A stretch of DNA of 64,000 nt from Candidatus Latescibacterota bacterium (GCA_965237675.1 OZ250150.1:2240001-2304000), one strand, 5' to 3'. Counted from the first letter of the stretch, positions 38,823-49,078 are shown. Notes: generated by a model from the letters alone, not told the origin. Numbers and translations are program-made.

Positions 38823-38884
38823 GGTGGATTCCCTTGAAAAAAGGATGTGAGGTTGGAGCCCGGGGCCCGCTGCCGGATTCAGGT

Positions 38885-39721
38885 CTATACAGCCATTTTC
38901 GCCTTGACAGCGGCATGGCATCGGTAGTTGATTAGGTGGAAGTCGTCGTAGACGAAGTCGTCGATGGTCTTCTGGCCACGATCCGTAATACCAAGGCGAG
39001 GTAGCGGAAACGGGTCGCGGGAGAGCTGCTCCTGAACCGCGTCAAGGTGGTTCAGGTAGATGTGTGCGTCGGCCAGCGTATGGATGAATTCACCGGGTTC
39101 GAGACGGGTGATTCTGGCGACCATGTGGAGCAGGAGCGAGTAGGAGGCGATGTTGAGCGGGACCCCGAGAAACATGTCGCAGGATCGCTGGTACATCTGG
39201 AGGGATAGTCTGCCTTCCGCGACGTAAAACTGAAAGAAAGAATGACACGGGGGAAGGGCGACGTCTTTCGGCGCGACTTCGGCGGCGTTCCAGGCGTTCA
39301 CGATCATGCGCCTGGAGTCCGGGCTCCGGCGTATCAGGTCGATCGCCTCGTGCAACTGGTCCACGGTCCGTTCCGCACCGCGCCAGTGCCGCCACTGGAC
39401 GCCGTAGATGCGTCCCATGGAGCCGCCGTTCTCGCGCAGGCCGAGCCTGTTGAGGTAATCTTCGTAGTTGCCGTCCCAGAGTTTGTTGTGGGGATAGATT
39501 TTCTTGAGGTCGTTGATGTTGTCAGATCCTGAAATGAACCAGAGAAGCTCGGAGAGCATGGATTTCCAGACCAGTTTTTTTGTCGTTACGGCGGGGAATC
39601 CGTCCTTCATATCGTACCGCGCCTGAAGGCCGAAACAGGAAATCGTGCCCACGCCGGTCCGATCCTCTTTCCTGACGCCCTGGTCCAGGACGTGCCGAAG
39701 CTGATCGAGATATTGTTTCAT
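38885..39721 (-). CDS. thyA: Thymidylate synthase
   Basis: MKQYLD, DRTGVGT, FPAVTTKK, ELLWFI, PDSRR, ALPPCH, YQRSCDMFLGVPLNIASY and HIYLNH. Confidence 0.98.
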   Translation of the reverse strand: MKQYLDQLRHVLDQGVRKEDRTGVGTISCFGLQARYDMKDGFPAVTTKKLVWKSMLSELLWFISGSDNINDLKKIYPHNKLWDGNYEDYLNRLGLRENGGSMGRIYGVQWRHWRGAERTVDQLHEAIDLIRRSPDSRRMIVNAWNAAEVAPKDVALPPCHSFFQFYVAEGRLSLQMYQRSCDMFLGVPLNIASYSLLLHMVARITRLEPGEFIHTLADAHIYLNHLDAVQEQLSRDPFPLPRLGITDRGQKTIDDFVYDDFHLINYRCHAAVKAKMAV

Positions 39722-39784
39722 ATTATTTCCTGCCGAAGAATACGGAATATGGTCCCGTCTGCGGCCTCGGGCTTGCGGAGGTGC

Positions 39785-39917
39785 GTTCATTGAGCTTGTC
39801 GAAATGCCCGCGCTTCCGCAACCTTCGCCGACCCTTCGACAGGCTCAGGGGGCGGCCCAGGATGCACCGTTCAGTACCTCTCGGCAACCCTTCGCCGACC
39901 CATTGAAAGGCTCAGGC
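39785..39917. repeat. Dispersed REP-like repeat cluster (TGAGCYTGTCGAA family)
   Basis: TGAGCTTGTCGAAATGCCCGC followed by CCTTCGCCGACCCTTCGACAGGCTCAGG and a degenerate second copy. Confidence 0.8.
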
Positions 39918-40075
39918 TAGCGCTCGGTTATAACTGGCTCACAGTCGCCGCAAATGCTTGATTGCGTTCGTTGCCAGCATTGCCTGTGCCGGTCGTGTAG
40001 AGCTTGTCGACATGTACGCGTATTGCTCCTTGTGAAGTGGAAATTCCCACACCCCCAAACGTCCCCTATTCCCTT

Positions 40076-40390
40076 GCCCTTTTTCTTGCTTCGCCCAAGA
40101 AAAAGGGCGAAAAAGAAGGGCGCCGCTCGGCGCGGGGCCGGTTTTTCCACGAATCTCGGAAGTGGCGTAGACGAGCGATTGTGCCCTGCGTCCCGATTCG
40201 GACACACGTCGCATTGGTGCTGAACGGAATAACGTGGAAAAACCCCCAACGCCACAACCGTGCGCTTGAAGGGACCTTACGAGTTTCGGTACGATAGTGA
40301 TGCTGTACGATAGAGCGCGGAATCTGCCACCGCCCGCCTTGCCGGTGTTCCTCCCCCTTTCCTTTAGGAGAGGGGGCCGGGGGGAGAGGT
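40076..40390. repeat. Cluster of palindromic elements in the folA-thyA spacer
   Basis: 13-bp perfect stem GCCCTTTTTCTTG/CAAGAAAAAGGGC (40076-40108); 12-bp IR GGTTTTTCCACG/CGTGGAAAAACC (40140-40244); CCCCCTTTCC...GGAGAGGGGG hairpin (~40353-40376). Confidence 0.6.
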
Positions 40391-40433
40391 CCCGGCGCTG
40401 ACTGCTGCGGTGCTTTTCCGTCTGCTCGCCGAT

Positions 40434-40907
40434 TTAACGATTCTTCCGTCTTCTTTCATACACAAACAGGGTGAATTCCGGGTGGTCTTCTTTTCTGGCG
40501 ATTCTCCAGTCGCCCTCATCGAACTCGGGGAAGAACGTGTCGCCGTCGTATTCGCCCTTGATGCGGGAGAGATACATCCGATTCGCGAGGGGAATGGACT
40601 GCCGGTAAATGTCGGCGCCGCCGCCGCTGAAAATGGGTTTCCCGTAGGACCTGGCTTTTTCGAGTGCTTCCTCAAAGGTGCGGCAGACGTCGACACCCCC
40701 GGTTTCCGGGAATGAACGGCTGACGACGACGTGGGGGCGTTTCGGCAGGGGCCTGCAGCCGATGGATTCAAAGGTTTTGCGCCCCATGATGAGAACGCCG
40801 CCGGTGGTGATTCTCTTGAACTGTCGGAGTTCCTCGGAAACGTGCCATGGCATGGCATTGTCTTTGCCGATCACCCTGTTTTCCGTCATGGCGGCGATGA
40901 TGGTCAT
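40434..40907 (-). CDS. folA: Dihydrofolate reductase
   Basis: IIAAMTENRVIGKDNAMPW, IMGRKTFESIG.RPLP.R, GGADIY and GDTFFP; ATGA overlap with rimO. Confidence 0.96.
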   Translation of the reverse strand: MTIIAAMTENRVIGKDNAMPWHVSEELRQFKRITTGGVLIMGRKTFESIGCRPLPKRPHVVVSRSFPETGGVDVCRTFEEALEKARSYGKPIFSGGGADIYRQSIPLANRMYLSRIKGEYDGDTFFPEFDEGDWRIARKEDHPEFTLFVYERRRKNR

Positions 40908-42247
40908 GCACTCCTCGGCGCCGCGATGTCCAGCAGTTGCGGTGCGGCCGTCGAGCGCCCGATGAGATCGTGGTCGAGGGCGTCGGTGATTTCCACGTCG
41001 GTGAATTCGCCGATCCGAGCTTCTCCGGAAATAAAGATTTCGCCGTCGATCTCCGGAGCGTCCATGCGCGTACGGCCGATATAGTCGTAGGCCGGATCGT
41101 CCGCGGGGCGGTCGACCAGCGCACGGTAGGTCCGGCCGACGCATTCGGCGGTGATTTCGGAGGAGATGACGGCCTGGAGGCTGAGGATGCGGTCCAGTCG
41201 ATCCCGCTTTTCGTCTTCCGGGACGTCGTCATCCAGCAGGCCGGCGCTGGTGCCTTCCTCGTGCGAGTAGAGGAAGCCGACCAGTCGGTTGAAGCGGATT
41301 TCCTCGATAAACTCCAGAAGTTCCTGTACGTGTTCCTCTTTCTCGCCGGGAAAACCGGTGATTACGGAGGATCGGAGGGCCAGGTCGGGCACCCGGTCAC
41401 GGAGTTTTCGGATGAGGGCGCGCGTGTTCTCCACCTTAGCGCCGCGATTCATCGCTTTGAGCAAGGCATTGGAGGCATGCTGGATGGGCATATCCACGTA
41501 TGCGCAGAGTTTTTCCTCCCGTGCCAGGAGGTCGATCAGGTCGTCGCGCCAGCCCGTGGGGTAGGTGTAGAGCAGGCGGATCCAGTGGAGGCCGTCGACG
41601 CGGACGAGTTCGCGCAAGAGGTCAACCAGGCGTGGGCTGCCGTAGAGGTCGGCGCCGTAACGCATGGTATCCTGGGCGATAAGCGCGATTTCTTTCACGC
41701 CGCCGGCGGCCATGCGCCAGGCTTCGGCGACCAGGACCTCGATGGATTCGCTGCGGTTGGCGCCCCTGATGCCGGGAATGGCGCAGAAGGCACAGGTCCG
41801 GTCGCAGCCGTCCGAGATGCGCAGATAGGCCCAGTGATTGGGTGTGAGCAGGTGCCGGGCGCCCTCTTCCCGGTAGATTCTGGGACGGGAGATGCCCAGC
41901 AGGCGGTCGCAGTGGGTGACAATCTCGCTTTCGCCGGCCAGACCGACGATCAGGTCGGCCTCGGGGATTTCCGCTTCGAGTTCGAGTCGATAGCGTTCGG
42001 CCAGACACCCGGTTAGAATCAGGCCCTTGCAGTTGCCGGTTTCCTTGTAGTCAGCGGCTTCGAGGGCCGTGGCGATGGACTCCTCTTTGGCCGGTTCGAT
42101 AAAGCCACAGGTATTCACAACGATGATATCGGCTTCATCGGGTTCGTCGGCAACGGCATAGTCATTGCATTCCAGCAGCCGGTGCATCCGTTCCGAGTCG
42201 ACGGTATTCTTGGGACAACCGAGCGTGATGAGTGAGACTGTGGGCAT
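40904..42247 (-). CDS. rimO: Ribosomal protein S12 methylthiotransferase
   Basis: LGCPKNTVDSE, NTCGFI..AKEESI, radical-SAM CDRTCAFC, DMPIQH and TRAM-domain DAPEIDG. Confidence 0.95.
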   Translation of the reverse strand: MPTVSLITLGCPKNTVDSERMHRLLECNDYAVADEPDEADIIVVNTCGFIEPAKEESIATALEAADYKETGNCKGLILTGCLAERYRLELEAEIPEADLIVGLAGESEIVTHCDRLLGISRPRIYREEGARHLLTPNHWAYLRISDGCDRTCAFCAIPGIRGANRSESIEVLVAEAWRMAAGGVKEIALIAQDTMRYGADLYGSPRLVDLLRELVRVDGLHWIRLLYTYPTGWRDDLIDLLAREEKLCAYVDMPIQHASNALLKAMNRGAKVENTRALIRKLRDRVPDLALRSSVITGFPGEKEEHVQELLEFIEEIRFNRLVGFLYSHEEGTSAGLLDDDVPEDEKRDRLDRILSLQAVISSEITAECVGRTYRALVDRPADDPAYDYIGRTRMDAPEIDGEIFISGEARIGEFTDVEITDALDHDLIGRSTAAPQLLDIAAPRSA

Positions 42248-42380
42248 TGGGTCCTCCACCTCCGGGAAACGGCCTGCAACGGATGGAATCCGCCACCGCC
42301 ATCCGATCAGCCGCGGGCTTTCCGAAAAATCGGTGATACGCGGTGTTTTGTCAAGTAGAAGATGGTTGGAAACCCGTGAA

Positions 42381-42599
42381 ATGCGTATGAGACATGGGAT
42401 CATCCGAAACGCTTTTCTAGGCTGTTTTGTCCTCCTGACGGGTGTTCTGCCACTGACGGCGGAGGAGAACATGATCGATTTCGAGCTGTCCCGCATCGAT
42501 GCCGGAGAGGCGTCGGTCAGCCCCTACTGGGGTTACAACGCGCCGAAGGTGGTGTTCGACGGCGAACACTTCCTCACCTCGGGTCGGCGCCCACAGTGA
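42381..42599 (+). pseudogene. N-terminal remnant of a secreted protein
   Basis: Signal-peptide-like MRHGIIRNAFLGCFVLLTGVLPLTA followed by SPYWGYNAPKVVFDG and an early stop. Confidence 0.45.
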
Positions 42600-42680
42600 C
42601 CGGCCACCTGCACTGGCGTACAGGCGCGACGGACAACAGGGGCTCGGTGCGGCTGAAGGAGGTCCAATTCGGGTTCTTTC

Positions 42681-42708
42681 TTGACAAGTGTCGGCTGACG
42701 GGTATATT
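42681..42708 (+). promoter_or_regulatory. Sigma70-type promoter of rpmB
   Basis: TTGACA-N16-TATATT. Confidence 0.65.
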
Positions 42709-42843
42709 TGTCCTGAACGAATCAATGCATCACCGTGGTGTCGCGCGTTTTTTCGGTCGATGTTCTCTGATGTGAGAGCGGGGGATCTATTTCCCGGACA
42801 GAACACGAGCGACTCAATTTAATCGTTCCAGGAGGCATTGGGA

Positions 42844-43035
42844 ATGGCAGCCAGATGTGAAATTTGCGGGAAAGGGCCGATGGTCGGCAATCACGTCAGC
42901 CACGCCAACAATAGGAAGAAACGGCGATTCAATCCGAATCTGAGGCGGGTGCGCGCGCTGGTGGACGGTACGGCCAGAAGAATCAAGGTCTGCACAAAGT
43001 GCATAAAGCTGGGACGCGTCAGCAAGGCCGCATAG
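42844..43035 (+). CDS. rpmB: 50S ribosomal protein L28 (zinc-ribbon, C+ type)
   Basis: [27 protein letters not shown]...VCTKCIK; AGGAGG RBS. Confidence 0.97.
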   Translation: MAARCEICGKGPMVGNHVSHANNRKKRRFNPNLRRVRALVDGTARRIKVCTKCIKLGRVSKAA

Positions 43036-43119
43036 GGTCGATTGACGGTCGTCAGATTTCCGCTGGCGGCACCCTCCGGCAGGAGGTCGGAGGGTTTCCG
43101 GCAGAGGATTCCATTCCAG

Positions 43120-43154
43120 AAAAACTCACCTTTCGTTTCCAGGTGGGTTTTTTT
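43120..43154 (+). terminator. Intrinsic terminator after rpmB
   Basis: AAAAACTCACCT/AGGTGGGTTTTT stem followed by a T-run. Confidence 0.75.
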
Positions 43155-43260
43155 ATGTTATTGACGTGATGCGCGCCGAGACCTGGGCAACCACGAGGGT
43201 TGCCTCTGCATGGACGGTACAGATAGTGGACCTGACGTTACCCACGGGGACGCGGTCTGA

Positions 43261-45393
43261 ATGGACTACTTTCGCAGCAAGCGCTTTCTGAATACGCTGC
43301 AGGATTGGGAAACAGGCGGCGCGACGGCGGGCAGATTGGAGGACTATCTGCCGCGGATGCGCGCCCTCCTGCGCCGGATGGGAAATCCCCAGCAGGAGTA
43401 TGCCTCGGTCATTGTCGGCGGCACGAATGGTAAGGGGTCGGTGGCCAACGTCCTGGCCGCCCTCATCCGGGCCTCGGGCCGGCGAACGGGTATCTACACG
43501 TCGCCACATCTGCACTCCATCCGTGAGCGCATCCGGATCGACGGTCGGATTCTGGAAAAGGATCTCTGGGCGAAGGGAATCGCCGATCTTTACGATCGTA
43601 CGCGCCGCTTCGAACGGGAGGGGTACGGTTCTTTTACGAAGTTTGAGGCGTTAACGGCGCTGGCAACGTCCATGTTTGCCCGGGCCGGGGTCGAAATCGG
43701 TGTGTTTGAGGTGGGTCTGGGAGGGCGTTACGACGCGACCAATGCCTGGGATACCAACGTGGCCGTCCTGACGCCGGTCGATCTGGATCATACCGACGTG
43801 CTGGGCGATACGGTGGAGGCGATCGCGCTGGAAAAGCTCGAAATTGCCCGTTCAGGCAGGCCGCTATTCACCCTTGACACACAGAAACCCGAGGTGCTCG
43901 CGCTTCTGCGGGGCGAGTGTCGTGAACGGGGTGTAGATCTCTACGTTGTCGGCGACGAAACCGGGGAAGGGTTGCGGTGCGAGGCGCGGGAATTTGCGCC
44001 TCCCGACCTGATGGAGCGGGGATCGGTGTTCTGGGAAAACACCCGGCTGGCGGTTGCTGTCGGGCGCTACCTTATGGGAGAGAAACTCACGGAGGCGCGA
44101 ATCCGTGAGGCGGTGGGCGGCCTCCGGCTGCCGGGCAGATTCGAAGTGGCGCAGCGCTCGCCCCGGGTCGTGCTGGATGGCGCGCACAATCCGGCCGGGG
44201 CTGCGGCCCTTGCTGGCGATTTACGCAGAATATCGAACCGGTGGACCTTTGTGGTGGGGGTGAACGCCGGGCATGATGCCCGGGCGATACTCGGGGCGAT
44301 CCGGCCCCTGGCGAAGCGGGTGATCCTGACGCGGTCCGACCACCCGAAGGCCCTGCCCGTTACCGTGTTGCGGAGATGCTTGCCCGATGGACTTGCCGCG
44401 TGTTCAGCGCCGGACGTTGTGGAGGCGCTCAGTCGCGCGGGGTTGCGGGATGGGGATCCCGTCTGTATCATGGGATCGCTCCATCTGGTGGGTCGGGCGC
44501 GGGAAGCGCTGGGGCTGCCCTGCGAACGGGACGGTTTCGGGGAAGAACTTCACCGGGAGAGTCTGGTGTGCCTGGCGAGCGCATGCGAAAACCTGGGCCT
44601 TCCGTTTGAACCGGTTTCGGATGACGGGAACCTGGTTTGCATCCGCCCGGCAGGCGCCGGGCCGCTCTATTTTCTTCGCAACAAACATCCGTTTAACAAC
44701 TACGTGGCCGCCCGTCTGGCGGAAGACAAGGCATATCAATACGAGTTGTTTTCGCGTGCCGGGCTCATGGTTCCCGATACGTTGGCAGCGTTCAATCCGT
44801 TTGCGGACGAGCGGTTTGCGCGTTACCGGACCCATCCTTCCATCGGTGCGATCCTGAAGGAGGCGGAAGGCCGGTTCACCTATCCCGTGGTGGTTAAACG
44901 GAACCTGGGGTCGCTGTCTCAGGGAGTGTTTCTGGAGCCAGACCCGTGTGCTCTGAAGAATCGCTTGCGGGCATTGTTCGAAAACAGCGGTTTCCTGGAC
45001 AATATAGTTTTGGTCCAGGCCCATATCAGCGGACCGGAGTATCGGATCGTTGCCGACGGGGATGAGTTGTTGTTGGCGTACGAGAAAGTCGGCGGATCTC
45101 CCGGCGTGGACCTGAACCCGCTGCATCGGGCAACGGGGTTTGCGAAGCGGGTGGATGAACCGGACCTGATCGAGGCCCTGTCGCAAGTGGCGGCGGGTGT
45201 GGCGCGGGTGATCGAACTGGGGTTTTACGCAATCGATGTGATTCTGTCGTCTGCCGGATTTTACGTTATTGAAATCAACCCGAACCCGATGTGTTATTTT
45301 TACAACCTGCACAATGGGCGATCGGATTTCGTCGGCATTTACGAAAGACTGATTCAAAGGCATCTGCCGGGTTCGCGGCCGCCGGACGCGTAA
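43261..45393 (+). CDS. folC: Folylpolyglutamate/dihydrofolate synthase fused to a C-terminal RimK-like ATP-grasp domain
   Basis: FolC motifs GTNGKGS, YTSPHL...RERI, EVGLGGRYDATN, DLDH, PGRFE and LDGAHN; then DK......VP.T, YPVVVK...GS...GV, EYRI and AIDV......VIEINPNP (ATP-grasp). Confidence 0.92.
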   Translation: MDYFRSKRFLNTLQDWETGGATAGRLEDYLPRMRALLRRMGNPQQEYASVIVGGTNGKGSVANVLAALIRASGRRTGIYTSPHLHSIRERIRIDGRILEKDLWAKGIADLYDRTRRFEREGYGSFTKFEALTALATSMFARAGVEIGVFEVGLGGRYDATNAWDTNVAVLTPVDLDHTDVLGDTVEAIALEKLEIARSGRPLFTLDTQKPEVLALLRGECRERGVDLYVVGDETGEGLRCEAREFAPPDLMERGSVFWENTRLAVAVGRYLMGEKLTEARIREAVGGLRLPGRFEVAQRSPRVVLDGAHNPAGAAALAGDLRRISNRWTFVVGVNAGHDARAILGAIRPLAKRVILTRSDHPKALPVTVLRRCLPDGLAACSAPDVVEALSRAGLRDGDPVCIMGSLHLVGRAREALGLPCERDGFGEELHRESLVCLASACENLGLPFEPVSDDGNLVCIRPAGAGPLYFLRNKHPFNNYVAARLAEDKAYQYELFSRAGLMVPDTLAAFNPFADERFARYRTHPSIGAILKEAEGRFTYPVVVKRNLGSLSQGVFLEPDPCALKNRLRALFENSGFLDNIVLVQAHISGPEYRIVADGDELLLAYEKVGGSPGVDLNPLHRATGFAKRVDEPDLIEALSQVAAGVARVIELGFYAIDVILSSAGFYVIEINPNPMCYFYNLHNGRSDFVGIYERLIQRHLPGSRPPDA

Positions 45394-45557
45394 GCACGCG
45401 AAACGCCGGACGTGAACAGATCGATGAAGGTGGAATTCCGGTTTCGCGGCGACAGGCCGGTATACGCGTCCCACGCTCAACTCTGTCCAGCCGGGCGCCA
45501 TTTCGTTGGCAACGTGACATTCAAAACGTTATCGGTATGTCCGGAAAGGAACACGCT

Positions 45558-46295
45558 ATGCCACTCACCGCCGCCCAACTCAAACGGTATCGTGCCGACG
45601 GCTGTGCCGTCGGCGGTCGGATTCTCGACGACAACGCGCTCGTCCGGTTGCGCGCTGAATTGGATTCCATTATCGGGAACCTTCCTCCGGACCGGCGGCC
45701 GGAGAATTTACCCTCGCTTCATTACGATAATCGCTACCTTCGGGATCTGTTCCTGAGCGACAGCCTCGTGGATGTGGCGGCGCAGATTGTGGGGCCGGAT
45801 GTCGCGCTTTTCACGTCCTACGTGATCAGCAAACGCCCCGACGACGGTCTGGCCGTAGACTGGCATCAGGATGCCGCGTTTTTTCCGATCGAGCCGATGG
45901 ATACGTTCACCCTCTGGCTGGCGGTGGACGATTCGGACGTTGAGAACGGCTGTATGCGGGTGATACCCGGCAGCCACCGGGAGGAGGCCGTTCTCCTCCA
46001 CAAGGTGGATCTCGATTCCGGCACCACGCTGCCGATGTCGCTGGAAAACCTCGACCTTTCGGACGCCAGGGACGTGCAACTCCGGGCGGGTGAGTATTCG
46101 GTTCACGATCCCTGGATTCTGCATGGATCCAATCCCAACAGGTCATCCAGGCGGCGTTGCGGGATAACGCTGAAGTACATTTCCACCCACGCGGCGATCG
46201 ACCGCACGTTCCGTTCTCCGTCCGGGTTCGACTGGGACGGGCTCCGCCTCTACCTGGCGCGAGGGAATCCGGGCCTGAACACCTATGCGGGTTGA
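45558..46295 (+). CDS. Phytanoyl-CoA dioxygenase (PhyH)-family Fe/2OG dioxygenase
   Basis: WHQD, WLAVDD...ENGCMRVIPGSH and HGSNPNRS.RRR. Confidence 0.93.
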   Translation: MPLTAAQLKRYRADGCAVGGRILDDNALVRLRAELDSIIGNLPPDRRPENLPSLHYDNRYLRDLFLSDSLVDVAAQIVGPDVALFTSYVISKRPDDGLAVDWHQDAAFFPIEPMDTFTLWLAVDDSDVENGCMRVIPGSHREEAVLLHKVDLDSGTTLPMSLENLDLSDARDVQLRAGEYSVHDPWILHGSNPNRSSRRRCGITLKYISTHAAIDRTFRSPSGFDWDGLRLYLARGNPGLNTYAG

Positions 46296-46338
46296 TTCTT
46301 TGGGTCTTTCCACAAACCAGGCATGAAAAAAACAAGAT

Positions 46339-48015
46339 ATGACGGATCGCGCTCATCGCTTTATCCTGCTGGTCGACCTCCACCTTTCGGACAACCCGGA
46401 AACGGCGGCCCATCAGGCGCTCCAGTGGGCCGCAGACCGCGTGAATCTGGAGAGACCCGATTTCCTGGCAGTGGCGGGAGATATCACGACCTTTTCTACG
46501 GCCGGTTCGGCCTCGCGCTGCCTGGAAGCGCTGGACCGGGTCGAGGTCCCGGTACTCTTCACGCCGGGAAACGCGGAACGGCGGGGTCCGCACGCGCTGT
46601 CCGTGTTGAAAGACCTGGCGGCGCCCGAGCGGCGGGCGGCCGTATTCGACGATCTGCTGGTTCTTCTACCCGATACGTCGACCGGGACGCTCTGCTGCGA
46701 CGAACGTTTGTGGTTGGACCGGAGTGTCCGGTCGACCGGCGCGGCGCGGCGGCTGGTCATTACCCACTATCCGCTGGACAGGCTGGATGCCGAAGGCCGG
46801 GCGTGGCTGACGCGCTGGCTTCCGGAGAACGGTGTCGAATTGCTGGCCGCGGGACACAGCCACTGTCACCGGACCCGGCACAAAAATGGCTTTGTGGAGG
46901 TTGTGGTCCGCGGGCTGGATCCGGATAAAGCGATTGGAGACTTGCCGGGGATCAGCCTTTTTGAGAGTTCGCAAGAGGGAGCCTGGACGGAAACATTCAT
47001 CCCCTGGTCGCCCACGATGCGGTTGCTGCCCGCGGACCTCCCGGACGGTATGCTGCCCGTAGGCTGGTCGATACAGGGCGATCCCGTGGCGGCCGCCGGG
47101 GAGACCATGGATTTCGGCTTGGCCTGCCTGGAAATCCGACCTGTCGATCTCGGTTTTTCTCAGCGCGCGCTCTCGGTGGCGCTTGGCGAACTTCGGGATC
47201 GAGGCCCTCTTTTTCTTTCCTATCATCTGCCCGACCTGACGTGGAACGCGAGAACCGGACGCGTCGAGCGAGTCGATGCGGTCCGGGGGCACCTGGATTG
47301 CGCGATGGAAGCGGGTGTGGACAGCCTGACCGTCCACGTCCCCAGGTCGAGCGCCCGCGCAATGGAGCGCGTTCAGGCGGGTCGACCGGAGCCGACCGGA
47401 TGTTTCCTGGCCTTCGCGGAAACGTACGCGAGCCTCTTTACGGAGGCGGCCCGCGCCGGCGTGGGGATCGCAATTGAGAATATCCATAATCCCGCCAATA
47501 CGCCGGCGGATTCACCGGATCGGGAATTCGCCACGCGGATCGACGAATACCTGAGATGGATCGACGCCGTGGCGCATGAGATGGCGGATGTACCTGGAGC
47601 AAGTGTGGGTGCGTTGCTGGACGTGGGCCATGCGCGGAACAACGGGGGCGATCTGGATAATCTGCAACCCCTGGGCGACTGGTATGCCCGCCTGGGCCGG
47701 CGTATTCTGGGATATCATGTCCACCAGGTGGACACGGATCCGGTGACGGGCGCGCTCTCCAACCATCACGAAATTTCGGATCTGTTCGGCAGTCGGATCT
47801 CCTTTGCCGGCTTTCTCTGGGCGTGGTCCACGCACCAGATCACCCGGGGCCCGCTTTTCGTAGAGGTCCGCGATGACGAGGGCCGGCGGAATACGGTCCG
47901 ACGCTTCAAGCAGATTTTTGAGAACGCACATAGAATTCGAGAGGCGGCGGATCTGTCGGACAGGTGGCCGTCATATCAAGACGCAGAAGGCACGGGAGCA
48001 GACGATGATTCCTGA
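46339..48015 (+). CDS. Metallophosphoesterase fused to a TIM-barrel (AP endonuclease 2 / xylose isomerase-like) domain
   Basis: VDLH, AGDI, TPGNAE, THYP and AGHSH; C-terminal TVH, IAIEN, LLDVGHA, YHVHQ and FVEV. Confidence 0.8.
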   Translation: MTDRAHRFILLVDLHLSDNPETAAHQALQWAADRVNLERPDFLAVAGDITTFSTAGSASRCLEALDRVEVPVLFTPGNAERRGPHALSVLKDLAAPERRAAVFDDLLVLLPDTSTGTLCCDERLWLDRSVRSTGAARRLVITHYPLDRLDAEGRAWLTRWLPENGVELLAAGHSHCHRTRHKNGFVEVVVRGLDPDKAIGDLPGISLFESSQEGAWTETFIPWSPTMRLLPADLPDGMLPVGWSIQGDPVAAAGETMDFGLACLEIRPVDLGFSQRALSVALGELRDRGPLFLSYHLPDLTWNARTGRVERVDAVRGHLDCAMEAGVDSLTVHVPRSSARAMERVQAGRPEPTGCFLAFAETYASLFTEAARAGVGIAIENIHNPANTPADSPDREFATRIDEYLRWIDAVAHEMADVPGASVGALLDVGHARNNGGDLDNLQPLGDWYARLGRRILGYHVHQVDTDPVTGALSNHHEISDLFGSRISFAGFLWAWSTHQITRGPLFVEVRDDEGRRNTVRRFKQIFENAHRIREAADLSDRWPSYQDAEGTGADDDS

Positions 48016-49078
48016 ATTTGAAGTGAAGGGCGCGCCATTCCAGCGTGGAGAACAGATCGGGCGCCGGTTCAAGGCGCAGATAAGGAGCACGCTTGCCCGA
48101 TTGTCTGAGAATAGGGAAGTTCGAGGCCGCCAGATCACCCTGATGGAGGCGATGCGCGGGCATCTGGAGGCGGAATTCCCGGAGATCCTGGAAGAAATAC
48201 GCGGCATCGCGCGGGGTACGGACATTCCGGATGATGAAGCGTTCTACAAAAATACCTACAACGCCGTCGGACCCGCGCTCGCAGACGACCTCGCCTGCAG
48301 CAGCGTGGCTTTTGCCGCCAGCGACGTGGGGCCCATCATCGGGAAGACCGACGACGGTAGATTTCGCCCGGGTTCGGATCGCCTGGGGGGATTGACAATC
48401 CTGACGATTCGTTCGGATGAGGGATACGACGTATTGTGCGTGAACCAGATCGGGACGGTGTGGACCGAGTGCGGGGTCAACGAGAAAGGGCTGTGCCTGG
48501 GGACCAATTCAGGTCATCCGACGATGAAGGGACAGGACGGGCGTGGCGTGCCCCAGCACATCGTACCCCGCCTCCTGTTACGGCGGTGCGCGAACGTGAA
48601 GGAGGGCGTCGACTTCCTCAGGCGGACCACGTTGACGGGCAAGGGAATCAACATCGTGCTGGCCGACGCGGAGGGAAACGCCGCTGCCACGGAGAATGCC
48701 TGTGCCATGAATGGGGTGCGGGAGGCGGAGGATGGTGTCGTGTTCTCCACAAACCATTATTTCAGCGAGGAGATGCAGGCCGTGGCGTGGAAATGGGATC
48801 CGATATTCATCCGTACGCGATACTTTCAGAATTCTCTGAATCGAATCGCCCACCTTTACGGGCGATTTGGAGACGGCGGGAGAGCGCTCACCATGCAGGA
48901 AATGCGGGAGGTTCTGATGGATGAATACAATCCGGGCGGCCTGTGCCAGCGTCCGCAGAATAACGAATCCAATATGATCACGAATTTCGGCGTGATACTG
49001 GTGTGCCGGGATCGCGAAATGTGGCTGAACGAAGGACCGCCGTCTCTGAACCGGTTCGATCGATACGCGCTGAGTTGA
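48005..49078 (+). CDS. C45-family Ntn-hydrolase (acyl-CoA:6-APA acyltransferase-like amidase)
   Basis: EEIRGIA.G, autoproteolytic AC-SS site, IGKTDD, GVNEKGL and STNHY. Confidence 0.85.
   Translation: MIPEFEVKGAPFQRGEQIGRRFKAQIRSTLARLSENREVRGRQITLMEAMRGHLEAEFPEILEEIRGIARGTDIPDDEAFYKNTYNAVGPALADDLACSSVAFAASDVGPIIGKTDDGRFRPGSDRLGGLTILTIRSDEGYDVLCVNQIGTVWTECGVNEKGLCLGTNSGHPTMKGQDGRGVPQHIVPRLLLRRCANVKEGVDFLRRTTLTGKGINIVLADAEGNAAATENACAMNGVREAEDGVVFSTNHYFSEEMQAVAWKWDPIFIRTRYFQNSLNRIAHLYGRFGDGGRALTMQEMREVLMDEYNPGGLCQRPQNNESNMITNFGVILVCRDREMWLNEGPPSLNRFDRYALS

Noticed and set aside
43261-45393. Cyanophycin synthetase CphA
   Set aside because: The domain order is reversed and the Mur-ligase half carries FolC-specific motifs.
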